A DNA stretch of 64,000 nucleotides from Penicillus capitatus (taxonomy: Eukaryota > Plantae > Chlorophyta), in NCBI GenBank assembly GCA_965649825.1, contig OZ287696.1, positions 2,047,724 through 2,111,723 on the forward strand. Direction: 5' to 3'. This document shows, one piece after another, positions 35,377 to 47,776 of this stretch. The stretch's first letter is position 1. Each line of letters starts with the position of its first letter. The notes under the pieces were generated by a model. It was not told the origin of the DNA. It searched no databases and saw only the letters and a list, made by a program, of their open reading frames with translations. The position numbers were made by a program, and so were the translations under genes.

Positions 35377-37480
35377 ATGCGATTGTCGATCTGCGCCACG
35401 ATGACGGACAGACGGTGCCCTCTGAGCGATGGCAACAGTGGTTGGTGTCGAATGTTCCCCTCGAGACACCTTAACGGCAACGCCCGTGGCTTCGGGATGG
35501 CAAGGAGACGTCGACGCGTTCAGGCAACAGCGCTGTTGCCAACAACGGTCACCGAGCTCTCAGCGTTAACAGAGAATGTCACTTCAGCATTTTGTGCGTT
35601 GCATGGTTTTCGACAAAGAGGGTATGTAAAGGATCTGTTTTCTGCAGCGGCGTCTCTTTCAGAACCCATGAGAGATATGCTGGATTTGTTGATCAAGGAT
35701 GCTGGCAGCATATTGAGCATGAAGCCATCCACCCCTGCCATCTTTCGTCTCTTCGTACGATCACGTGGATGATGGGTCAGCGCGTGTGGATTCATGGGTG
35801 TGCAGTTGGTGTATTTCTTGGTGTTCGCTCGACCAAGTCCCATCATCTGCTTTGTGGATTTCTACCTTCTTAACCCTGTCACGATGCTCTTTCAGCGAAA
35901 CTGGACGAGCAATGACTTCTCCATACGAGAACGGTCCGTCATTGCCGTCTGTGTCTTGCCGATCAATGCTTTTGCTGACAGAATGGGAACAGGGAACTAT
36001 GGGACCACATACGAAGCCGTCGTGAAAAAAGTGAGCACCTCATGAGCATGCATGCATGCATGCATCCCATTTAGACATGACAACTGTACTTTCATCTAGC
36101 CAGACGAAGCCGAAAACCTGCGAGGAGAATTGACAGAAGCACAGAAAAAGAGACGCGTTGTGTTGAAACGTGTGAACGTGGACAACGAAGGCATTCGGTG
36201 CATCTCACTCCAACAGCTCTGCCTTGATGAACATATGACTGGGCAACAGGACAAATTTCTTGAAATCTGGGACGGTGGCGCGTGGAGCTGGTGAATCGGG
36301 ACAGGTTGAATGCTACATGTATGGCAAAGTCCAACGCAATCTCTTGGTTAAGCCTTACTGTGCTGATTTTAAAGGCGTCTTCTTTGCAGGTATACCCTGT
36401 TTGTGTGCTGCTCTTCTCACTCTTTTGATCGAATGATTATCTGTAGATAGATCCATCGGCAGTATTACAGCTGGAACCCAGTGGCTGGTTTGGAATTTCG
36501 AAACGGATTCGACGTTGGCAGCTGCGATCGAGGGACGGCTCGGATCCTTTCCGGAATGTCTCTCGAGTATCTTTCTATCAAATCCGGATCGCTTCAGCAC
36601 CGAAGAACGCGATTTCAAGGTTAGTGCGTTTTTAGTAGAGCGATTTGCGTTAGACAGATGTTTCTAGACAATCCAATCCATCCTGAGAAAGATAGCCATT
36701 GGAGTGCAAAGACTCCATTCTATTGGCATTGTACATCGAGATGTCAAACCTGAAAACCTTCTGCTGACAAGACGAGGCGATGTCAAGATCATAGACTTTG
36801 GGGCGGCGGCAGACATGTCGACAGGCATCAACTTTAATCCGCTCGTGGGGATGCTGGATCCCAGATACTGTCCTCCAGAATTGTACATTGTTCCGAGAAG
36901 TGCGCGTCGTCATCACACAAACGAACATGTGGCAACGATCGGCTTTCAGATTTTCCCAGAGCGCCGTTTCCGTGGGCGGCCGTGTTCACCGCTCCTCTCT
37001 ACTGGCAACTCGGTCGACCGGATCTGTTCGATTCCTTCAGGTGTCCCTATCCATATCTGATGGGACGGTTGATTGAGGAGTGTCTGTTTGAGTGGGTAGC
37101 ATAGGAATGATTCTGCTGCAGATGAGTATACCTCAACTAAGGACACCTGCCAACATGAATGCCTTTTCAAAGTGGATCTCTATCGCAACAAGCCATAAAG
37201 GGACGGACATCTTGTTCTCTAGTGAAGTTGGCGAGTACTTCCACGATCTGAATCGCTGGCGACAGCAGTCCAGTCGTGCGCAGGGTTATGATTTCTCCTT
37301 GCTCGATATGCGCAACGCAGCTGGATGGGACTTGGCAAACAAGCTTGTTCGGCGACGAAATGATTTCTTGAGGTAATGATGCATCCATCCATCCATTCTT
37401 ACGACGGCAATCTCGACATCTACTTTTTCAGGGGACGGTTGTCAGCAGACGAAGCATTGAGACAGCGCTATTTTTCATAG
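35377..37480 (+). CDS. STN7/STN8 (Stt7/Stl1)-family plastid Ser/Thr kinase
   Basis: [85 protein letters not shown]. The N-terminus is transit-peptide-like. Confidence 0.85.
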
Positions 37481-37627
37481 CACCCACCTATTGAAGCACT
37501 TTTTGTTCTTTTTAACATTCTTTGGATCCCTGACACTGTGTCGTCAATTTTTTGATGGTGTTCCATCCTAAGAATTAAATTTCCCAAGGAAGAATATTCC
37601 GTCGCTTTGCAGCGCCCTTTGCTTCAG

Positions 37628-38926
37628 TCACCAGAGATTGAAGCCACGTTCGATGGGAATCAAGATTTCGTTCCTTCTCACGAGTGGGTTGGTGAAGGGA
37701 TCGTTGTATCGTGCCAAGATCCAATCCTCGCCGCCAACGAGCTTGTCTTTCTTGAGCATCTTCTTCAGCTTCTCGTGTTCCTGCGTCACCTCATTCTCCA
37801 ATGCCGCGCCATTAAACACAGAAACGGCAAACAGACCGCCAGAAATCTTCTTAGTATCGATATTCTTCAAATCTGGCGCCGGTGCGTCAGACACTTCCTG
37901 CAATGCCTTCTGGTAATGTTGATGTGACAGATGTACATACTTGGAATTTAGACCCGAGCACAAACTGCATGTTCCCGGTCGTGTCTGTGAAAACGGGAGT
38001 TGTCATTTCCATCTTCTCTTTCTGTACATTATTTCCAAAGATATACCCTGCCAGCTGATTAAATGAGCTGCCGCCAGCAGCCGAAGCTGGATTCACATCT
38101 GACATGCCAGACGACGATTGCATTTTTGTCTCTGCCACGAGAAACGGAGAGTAGCGTCGGATTTCATACAACTTCATTTTCTTGAGCACCGTATAGTTCG
38201 GCGTTTCCAACTCTGGCGTCCGCGAGAAATTCAGCAGCTGGCTCGCTACATGAAAGAATCCCTCTGTGGACGGAAACTGCTGGTTGTCGATGGCATCCCA
38301 GTAATCGACATGTCGATTGATCTTTCCATTCTTTGGATTCAGACCATAGATAGAAATCCCTACACATATCTCACTCCTTATCTCACATTTTTCGACATCC
38401 TCCAGATATCACCTGTGAACGTCAACTGCGGATTCCACAGAGACTTGAGGGGCGTTCGGTTGGCTGGAGCGAAAGACATCTGCATCGTCCACCGCGTCGT
38501 GATCTCGTGTTCTCCTGTCTGTCGCATATCGTGCAAGATAAATGTCGGGGCTAACAGATTCTTCAAGAGGCCGAGATTGAAGAGATAGCCTTGAAGACTG
38601 CTGTAGGATGTCACCGGATCTTGAAAGTCGACCACATCATCATAGCTATAGACCACAACATTGCACAGACCGGGCAGAGAGCGGTGATACCGTGAGGTGT
38701 CGATGCCTTGATCATCAAAGAGATGCTTTAAATCCTCTCTAAGAAAGGCCATCGTGTTTTCCACTAGTTTTTGACTGGATGTCTTTTCGTCTTCCATCAT
38801 GATATCGTTGATACTACGCGTGACCATTCGATCTTTTCGTCGGAGGGGAGGCCGATAGAAGGGGGATAGGCAACGCAGAGAGGCGCTGCAGCGCAAAGGG
38901 GAACGCGCCATGGCGGCAAGACGCAT
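37628..38926 (-). CDS. SnoaL-like (DUF2358) + SOUL heme-binding protein (HBP5-like)
   Basis: FLREDLKHLFDDQGID, FQDPVT, ITTRWTM; then ETPNYTVL, YEIRRY, LAGYIFGNN, MEMTTPV, LARYNDP, RRNEILIP. Confidence 0.88.
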
Positions 38927-38993
38927 GAGATGAAGGCCAAAGATGAGACAGGGACAAACCGCAGACAGAACAACGCGTCATCTGGACAATGCA

Positions 38994-40781
38994 TTAGTAC
39001 TCTCTAATGACTTGGATGATGGCATCTTTGGCATTGTCTATCTCCCGAACCTTGTACTCAAACTACATTCATAACAGCGACCATGCATGACAGCTCGTCA
39101 GAGGTTACTGCGGCGTAGCACCTGTCCTCTTTCTTGCACCCGCTTCATGACGTCGGAGATGCCTTGCATGTCGAAGATCTCCAAAAATCTTTGCAGGATT
39201 TCTCGGATTCGCTGTTTCTCGTTGTCGATCTTCAATTCTGTAAGCATAGAGGATATCACCATACACGAAATGTGATAGAGAGGGATGTGTGTGACGTGGC
39301 GTCAGGCATTGGGAAAGGAGAAGGGCTGAGAGTGACAGCTCATATAGGCAATTGAAAATCTGAATGCTTATCAAATCTTCGTCACGTTTCTCCTTCTTGG
39401 CAACTCTTTTCCACAGCTGTTGGACTCTGTCACTCAAACTCGGATCTCTCTCACTATGTTTCCTGCAGAAGAGACGCCATGCCATTTCATAAGCCTCTTC
39501 TGCTAATCCCGCCGCTTTCTCTATGGAACACTGTGTCCCAATGAGCGACCGGATCAACATCGGCGGCGTGATGACTTTTGATCTATGTAGTTGAAGGGCA
39601 GCTCGTTTTCTCAGACAGAGAGCCAATGTGAGGTTCTCTGTCGATCGGATGTGCTTGATACAGGACTCTAATGCATGGATGGCTTTTTCGGCTTGGTCAA
39701 AGAGCCCTTTCTCTGCAAACCTATCCATGAGTTTTTCGTAGATCTGCTGCATCTGTCTGAGATTTTCTTCTTTTGCTTCGTCCAGAATCTCTGAAATGAA
39801 TTCCCATAGAACGGAGACAGCAGACATGTCCTGCAATTCCAACAGCAAACATAAAAGATCACATGCCAGCATGGCATTCTCGATGGATCGGATATCTATA
39901 CGGAAAAACATTCTGTGAAGGGCACAGGATTGACGTCCAGTGCAGCACCTCGGCGCAGTAGGGTTTTCTGGCATTCCTGTGCTGTGGCCAAGGCACGTCG
40001 TTTCCATTTCAAATGCCATTCTGTCCGTGCCACAAGGTAATGTGATTGCAGTGTCTCCGTTCGTTCGCTGCCATGGACGCTCTTCATGGCACGATACGCA
40101 CGCTTCGCCATCTCGTGTGCTTCTTTGTGTTCTCCGATCATCGTCAGAGCCACGGCATAGTTGTGCATGGCCAGAGCCGATCTGGGATCCTCTTCCCCAT
40201 ATGCACCCAAAAAACACTCCATCGCCTGCAATCGCAGTTGTGGATGCGAATAAGATGCGTGAAATCTTGCTTGAAAGTACAGCCAGCGAGCCTGATCTAA
40301 TCTGCCTGAGATTCTGTACATTTCAGCCATGTTGTTGGCAGACATGCCAACGTGTGGCATATCTCGAGCGAATCCCCGAAGTGCTGCTTGCAATGCTTCC
40401 GATAGACATTGCTCTGCTTCTCTAAGTCTGGATTCGCCAACATCATGTCCGAGTGGCAAAGCAGAGAGATGGACAGAAAGGGAGACACACCTGCCTTGTG
40501 CGAGCAGGCGTTTCCCTTCATCGGTTTTGCTGCGCCATGTGGCCACGTCTTCAAGATTTGGCGGAGCCATGGGCACAACATCGGATTTCTAGACCCTTCT
40601 GTATGGCAATATCGATCTGCGAGATGTCTAACCTCGTGAGCTGAATGGTAGACGACGTTGCCGGAAACGAAGCCTGCACAGAGTGACGTGTCCTGTACGA
40701 GTGAGGTCGACATCGAGTGTGTGCTCTACCGGCGGAGACGCGCAGCAAGATCGTCGCCAACCGTGTGTCTCCGCGCCGCAT
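38994..40781 (-). CDS. Kinesin-light-chain-like TPR protein
   Basis: WRSKTDEGKRLL, HVGMSANNMAEMYR, YGEEDPRSALAMHNYA TPR-like repeats. Start and last exons were placed by eye. Confidence 0.7.
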
Positions 40782-40898
40782 GAGTGATACCATAATGGTT
40801 GAGTGAATGCTGAAGGCAGAGATCAAGAACAAACGACGCAACGTCTGCCGTTTACACGAATCTTCCAGCGCCGTCCCAACAGGAAAAGATCCATCCCC

Positions 40899-43800
40899 TT
40901 ATAACTCAATGTGTTCTGAAATGTGTTCTGGTGTCTCCTTCAGCTGATGCTCTTCCTCTTTCTGCGCTGTCTCGTCCACTTCTTCTTTCTGCACCTGCTC
41001 TGCATTTTCTGGTTCACTTGGAGCCGCTTCGGGTGGCTACAGAAGCGATGGATCGATCGACATGCACAGGATGGCGTAGACAGAGGGAGATACTGTTGAA
41101 TTGGTGGTCGTTGTGGCGTTTTCTGTGGCATTAGCCGGGGGTGCTTTCGTCTTTGGTGGTCTCTTGGTGTTGATCCGTTTCATTAATTTCTCAACCTTTG
41201 CCATTTTCTTGGCAACATCTTCTGATGTAAAGGCTGGTGTCTGATACGGTTCCAGTTGAGACTGTTCTTCTTCCTTCTCTTTCAACCAATGTCGCATCTC
41301 ATCCGTCTGAATACCACAGAAGCACGTGTGTCCTATGTTCTGTTAGCTATGCAAAGAAACCGTTTTGGCAAGTTCTGCGAGGTCCCCTGCAAGCCATGGT
41401 TTCATTTCAATCCAAGCAATGAGTGCCTTGTCCACCACAGCAATAGTCTTCTTGCTATTCTCCACAGCGAGTGGTCGATTGACAGATTCAGCCGTTCGGA
41501 TGAAAATGGGATTTCCTGAGACAAGACATGAGATGAGATAGATGCATGTCGGTCAGCAACAAGGAAGATACCGAAAGCTTCGAGCTCCTTCAATTTCTCT
41601 TCAAAGACCTGAGCAGTCGCATCCGCTCCATCCATGTACAACCAGTCTTCAGCTGCGCTGAGTTGGGCCAAGAACTCATCCTTCTGCTCCTCTGTTGTCA
41701 CCTGATCAGAAAGTATTTGCTGTAACGAGAGCAGTCATTTGTGAGATGCGGAGACATCTTGCACTTCCGGATTGTCTGCCATCCAATTCCGACAGTCGAC
41801 AATGTAGGACTCCAGTGTATTTTTGCTCTTTTCTGTCTCTCTCTTTCGCTCTTCTCCCTTCACATACTTGCGTAGGACAGAACGAGATGCCCTCAGTTGA
41901 GTTGGTGTCAAATCTGGCTGAGAATAGACAGGATCCGAAACCACCATCACCGCCCTGATAGTGCACATTCTCACATACAGTTAATGTTGGGATCATCATA
42001 CTTCTTGTAGATCTTCTTGGGTTTTGCCTCTTCTTTGGCAACATCCTCTGTTGTATTCTGCGCCGCAGTTTCATTCCCTGTTGTCGTTCCCTCTTCTGTC
42101 AAAGTCTCGTTTCCGGCTGATGTGGTATTATCTTCCATCGCAGGAGCATCAGTACCAGGAGCAGATGTCGGGGAGGGAGCCGGGACTGCTTCTAAACAAA
42201 GCGTATGAATGCAGGACCGTCACGAGATTGACAACAATTGTCACCTTTCGGCGCTTCTGTCTGTATTGTCTCCACGATGTACTCTGCGCGATCGACTTGT
42301 GGCAGACCACTCTTGTCTGTAATAAAATGCAGCACGATTTTTCCTCCTTCGCCATGCTTCTCTTTAATGGCACGGATGCCAGTGATGGTGTAAGTGGCAT
42401 AGGTGTTGTTCGGCGCTCCTGGCGGCAATGGCCTCTCTCCGGAGGTATTGAACTGGATTTGAAATTGAAGAGTATCTGTGTTGGAGACATTGAACAGATT
42501 CACCATCCTCTTCGAAGGCAGACGTTTCATGTAGGGCAAAAGAGATTTTGGACGCAGAAGCATTTCCACATCTGCCTCCGGTTTCCAATCCTCAGGCTCT
42601 ACCACCTAGGAATCCAGACCGATCAGATGTCCATCGTGCATGAGCATATGGCGAGTGAGACTTGGAGTTGCATAGGATAGATCACACCGTCGACATATCC
42701 AAACTGCCTGAGTCGGAAGATGGTGCTCAGATTAGCGGCAACAAGACCGGCACCCATCACCACAGCTTCATCTCCATCTAAGTGTCTGAGACATGCACAT
42801 AGTAATTAACGTTTCTTAGCAGCTTTGAGACGGCACACTTGTCAAGAGATCGCGATCCTAACGCTTCTGATAACATTGTCTGGATCTTTGGCACTCTTGT
42901 TCCACCTCCTGCACAAAAGAGCGAGAACGATCTTTATGAGACACATGTGTGTGAGACCAATGAGTTCGACAGCAGTGAGATTGGACACATCGATGCTGTT
43001 ACGTGTAAGCAGCTCCGTCAGCGGTTTAACAGCTCTCTGGAAGAAGTCTTTGTTCAGTTCATCGAACTCTGTCCTGTATGAAGAAGATGTGCATTTATGT
43101 CCGAAGGCAGCAGTGAGATAGATCCCGACCGCGTGATCTTGTCATTGAAATCGTTGCCATCGAATAGCTCTTCGACATAGATGTGGGCTTCGGTGTTCGC
43201 ACTCAGAATGTGCTTGGTCTTGCCGACAGCTTTCTTGAGTTTCATGATGGAACGATTGGACGTTGTCAGATCCTGGCCGAATTTTTCATGGAATCGTTTC
43301 GTAAAGTACTCCACCAGTATCCAATCCATGTGATCGCCTCCCAGATTTTCATTCCATACCACATCTAACACCTCAAACTGTCCCACCATCACCAGCTTTC
43401 CTACGGTCACACATATTCTCATTCTTCACACGTGTTTCGTCATGCGTGATCGACCGATCTGCTTCGTTTCGTAGGCAGAGTAAGAAAGGAGGGCGGCCTG
43501 AACAGCATTGGCTCCCATGTCGTAGATGACGACCTTCTGAGGCGTCTCTGTAAAATCTCGTTCAATGCCATACTGCAAGGCAGCGGCACTGTGGGAAGGA
43601 ATCACCGCCAAGACATCCACGTCTGCCAGTTTGGCCACGTCCAGAATTCTTCTCTTCTGTACTGGCCCAAAGAAAGCAGGAACGGCGATCACACATTCTG
43701 ACACCGTTTCTCCCGCTTCCTCCTTCGTAATAGATTTCAAGTAGGAAAACAAACTCCCCTACCACAATTGACAGTGTCATCACCAAGATCATCTCACACT

Positions 43801-44255
43801 TTAAATGTGTGACGGACCAAGACTTCTTCGCTTGTGAGTGATGTGTCATCGCCGATGTCAAATCGAACGGTCACGTCATCATCCTTCCGAGTATATTGGT
43901 AAGGCGGTTTGAAAGAAGTATGAGCTCCTCCAAAGAGATTCTCGAGGAAAGGATCCGAGGCATTGCGACCAAGAAAATCCCGCGTTCTCAGAAAAACGCG
44001 CTGAGGTGTCTTCGATATCAAGGCAAGAGCGTCTTCGCCATAGAGTCGTGTTTCGGACTGAAAAGCAACGACAGCTGGTGTCTTGCGTTTAGAGAGCTCA
44101 TTGTGCACGACAGAGATCGGCACTCGGCCTGGCTTGATCAACGAGACCTTTACGTTCGCACTTCCGAGGTCCACCGCAAAGAGAGCGGCTGAAACCCCAT
44201 GCAAAAGTAAAAGGAAGCTGAAAATCCAATGCAGAGGGTGGCGGCAGGACACCAT
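40899..44255 (-). CDS. HYOU1: ER-lumenal Hsp70 of the HYOU1/Grp170 (HSP70-17) class
   Basis: Signal-peptide-like start, FAVDLGS, NELSKRKTP, IYDMGA, NLGGDHMD, KHILSAN, AEDWLYMDG; ends ...EHIEL*. Confidence 0.92.
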
Positions 44256-44358
44256 AGTTGGATGGCACAAAAGAAACGTCGCACTAGAGACGTGTCCTGT
44301 ACGGCAGCGAAAGAGGTGACGTCGATAGGGACACGTGCCGGATCTTGTCGTTGTTGAG

Positions 44359-45219
44359 ATGCGTTGGACCTCATCCGTACGATTGGGAACGATCTGTCCT
44401 TCCAGGACCACCCTCTCGTCTCTCTCGCGGTTTCGACGCCATGCACTCCATGGAGAGAATCCAACAACGTCAACAAACACCTACCTGGCTATTGTATGCG
44501 GTTTTCCTCATTTGTAGATCAGAGAAGGACGCGAGTGGGTGCCTCTGTAGGGTTTGGCACACTGTTTTGAGAAAAAGGAGGATGGGAAGCTGGAAGACAT
44601 GTTTGTGATCGAGCCCATTGCCGCTGCCAGTTTGGAATGCATGGCAACAGGTGTCTGCCTTTCTGTTGATGCCTTCGTTTCATGATCCTTCCCTTTTGGA
44701 TCGAAGGGGCCACGACATCATTCAAACACGTCATGGGGACGACTCTAGGTCTGATAGAGATAAGATCTCTTTTCGATTAAGAGTGTGTGTGATGACAGAG
44801 ATGGCATTGCAGAGAGACAAGTCCATTTTGCCGCAGGAATTCGAAAGCGGTCTTTTCTGCGAGGATTTTGAGTTTCGGTGTAAAGCCAGTGCACGAACAT
44901 GGACACGACCCCATGCTCAAGACAATCTCATGTCACATCTCGGATCATGCATGGATCACTTTCTGAGATGACCCTTTTTCTGTACATTAGGGACATTGTT
45001 CCTCTCGAACAGGTCAAATCGAACTTCAACTACAAGACAGATATGAAACGGATACTCAACTTTGAAAATGTGGTGACCGATGAGGACAACATCAAACAAG
45101 ACATGAGCATTGATGTGTACGGACGCAAAGAGAAGGCCGAGGCCGAAGAAGTGGCACAGAAGGAGGAGCCGGATGATGAAGAGGAAGAAGATGATATCGA
45201 AAGCTTCTTAGCAGCATGA
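44359..45219 (+). CDS. Conserved uncharacterised protein of cyanobacterial/plastid type
   Basis: Spliced GLAHCFEKKEDGKLEDMFVIEPIAAASLECM...ARTWTRP...KRILNFENVVTDEDNIKQ resembles a cyanobacterial hypothetical family as recalled, not searched. The N-terminus is transit-like. Confidence 0.6.
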
Positions 45220-45464
45220 ACAGCACCGTTGTACCGCACCATGTTTTGATGATATGGTCTAACACTTCGCCGCCGTGTCCTGTATGCAAGTGCATGCATG
45301 CATGCATCTTAGGACATCCGGTTTTTAGGCACGTGCTCGTAATGGTCTAAACGTGAACGCGTCAAGCCTTAAATTCAAAAGCCATGAGCAGTTGGAACAG
45401 ATGTTTGTCATTCGCGATAGAAGGAGCGAACAGCAACAGTTAATACTCGGTGAAAGGAGGTTGA

Positions 45465-45484
45465 TTGGTTGGTTGGTTGGTTGG
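45465..45484. repeat. (TTGG)5 microsatellite just downstream of the SAD stop codon
   Basis: ttggttggttggttggttgg read directly. Confidence 0.8.
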
Positions 45485-45493
45485 TCGGTTGCT

Positions 45494-47002
45494 TTAGGAA
45501 CTCTTCTCTCCATGCAAGAGGATGGACTGGTTGAAGATCCAACTGAATTTTGCGAATGTTGGCTTATCTCTCTTTTTCCGGCGCTCGACACGTTCTGCCA
45601 GTTTTCTAAACCTCTCTGAAAGAGAACAGACCGTGTCTTGTGCCTTTAGTCCTTCGGGAGATAGCCCAGTGACGTTTCGCACATTCCATCTCTCAATCAA
45701 ATGCTCCATGATATCACAATAATCCAAAGCGGTGTACACTCCTAAACGTTCTGCCACTTCTGAGTAATCAGCAAAGAGATTTCGCCCGTCATTCGTTATC
45801 TAAGCAATGACATCTTTAACTGAATACGAATGAGTGAGGAGACACTTGGTGCTCTCCATCATCCATAAGATGTGCCGGCATCACAATTTGTTTGCGCATC
45901 ATGTCATGGAACGCGAGCATCGCTCCTTCAGGATCCAATCTGAATAGCTCTTCCATTATTCGCTTGTAAGCCAATTCGTGACGTGACTCATCCGAAGCAA
46001 TGGTACCGCATATTTTAGACAAGGTTTCGTCACCATGGGTCATTGCCATAGCCGCCGTATTACCGTGTGACACCTGTCGTACAATGGATCGATGGATGTG
46101 ACGTCACGCGCACAAGAAGACAATCAATCACCTTTGTGGCGCGCTCTTGGAAGGATGTGTAGACGAAGCCTAAGTACGCATTGTTCTCCGTTTTGGGATC
46201 CATGCCAGAAGCGATCAGATTTTCGATGGTCACTTCGATTTTGCGCAGATCGACCAAGCCCGTCAGATAGAGATACTTATTCAACAGATCTCCATGTCTG
46301 TTTTCCTCTGCCACCCACTGTCGCGTCCACGTTGCCCAAGCATTCTTCTGTGCCGCTGCGAAATAGCACCATTTCGCATTCTTTCTCGTTACTCACTCTT
46401 TACCTGTCTCGTCACGGACACCGTCAAGTGTATTAAGCATTGCCATGTAGGTCGGCAGAGCTTCTTCGGTGATCATGTCGCCGACCAAGGCAACCATGTA
46501 ATCCAGCGGCAGTTCTTTCGCTCTCTCGCGCAATTCCTTCACCTGAAAGTCATATCTTCATCTCACATGTGTGACCAGGCAGACGAAGGAATGACATCTT
46601 CTAGAAAGCTCTCGGAGTGAGGAACAGGTAGGAAGTCAGCTGGTTGCCAGATCTTGGAAATGGGCTTCAGATACTTCAGGACCTAGAGTCCAAGACATCC
46701 CATTGGATTCAGCGCAATACATAGCTCATAAATCTCGCCTCTTTTTTGAGAAAAGGCTCCAGACTTTGGACGATCTCATAGCGCTGTTCCGTCATACTGT
46801 GCGCGACTTGTCCGTCAATGATCAACGGTCCTTCGCTGTAAGGGTAGGTCAGTGGTGTTGGCCGTTCACTTTCGACGACGCTCGCTTCGACTCGTACACG
46901 TGGACGGCGTCGCAAAGCAGGGGAGCATCTGGAAACGATATCGCATCTCTTGAAAGAGAGCGGCGATTTATGTAGGGAACAGGAATGCAGCGCGTAATGC
47001 AT
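45494..47002 (-). CDS. FAB2: Soluble stearoyl-ACP delta-9 desaturase
   Basis: [38 protein letters not shown] (two ExxH diiron motifs), MPAHLMDDG; transit-peptide-like N-terminus. Confidence 0.95.
46683..46738 (-). other. GC-AG intron (56 nt) in SAD
   Basis: The donor GCGAGA gives [16 protein letters not shown] with no insertion relative to the family pattern. A downstream GT donor would add 6 residues. Confidence 0.7.
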
Positions 47003-47776
47003 CGTCCGACTCGTCCAGTAACGCACTAAGGATGTGGATGCGGAGAAAAGCAGATGGAGTCCAGAAGCAACGTGATGGGACACACGCACTCCGCAAGCAA
47101 GAAAGCAGTCAAACAATGATCCATGATCTCGATCTACCGACCTAATGAAAAGCACGCGCAACCGAACGAACGAACGTGGTGGGTATAGACGGTCCCCATA
47201 ACCCCCATTCGAGTGCTTGACGAAAAAGGAATGAGTACTCACAAAGTCACAACTGAAAACGAGACTCAAGTGCGTCATGTCGCCGAATGCGTTACGTGCT
47301 GGGCACAACTGGTGTTATCGACAGGATTCGGGGAACGTATCATCTCCTTCCCTTGTGGCTCCCTCTCCTACACGTAGGGTTTTGTCCATTTCTACGTTCC
47401 GTCCACAGCTGGGCGATTTCTAGAAGCTTCGCAGAGCGTTTTCGCAAAGGCGTCTTCGAAAAAGGAGCCAGAACGAAAAGGCAAAAATATGTCGTTCACT
47501 TTGCCCAGCATCACCAGTGGTGACATTTACGAAACGAGCGGCCAGTCTCCATGCGACGTTTCCTCATCCGCAATGGACAGTCGCACCTTATCGCGTCAAG
47601 ACAGTCCTTATCCAAGGGACATGGAATGATGGATCGAGTAAGTGGCCATTGCCACACGGTAGATGACAGACAGATCAAGGAGGGAGGTTGTCGGAGATCC
47701 CTTCCTAGTGACTTGAGAACTTGACCTCTTGGAAAACTGCAGAACGTTCGGCAAGGGTCGTTGTTGGAACGATTGT

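Noticed and set aside
36045-45306. (TGCA/CATG)n runs at about 36,047-36,064 and 45,289-45,306, resembling RY elements
   Set aside because: They are short simple repeats in an intron and a 3' region, with no consistent promoter position.
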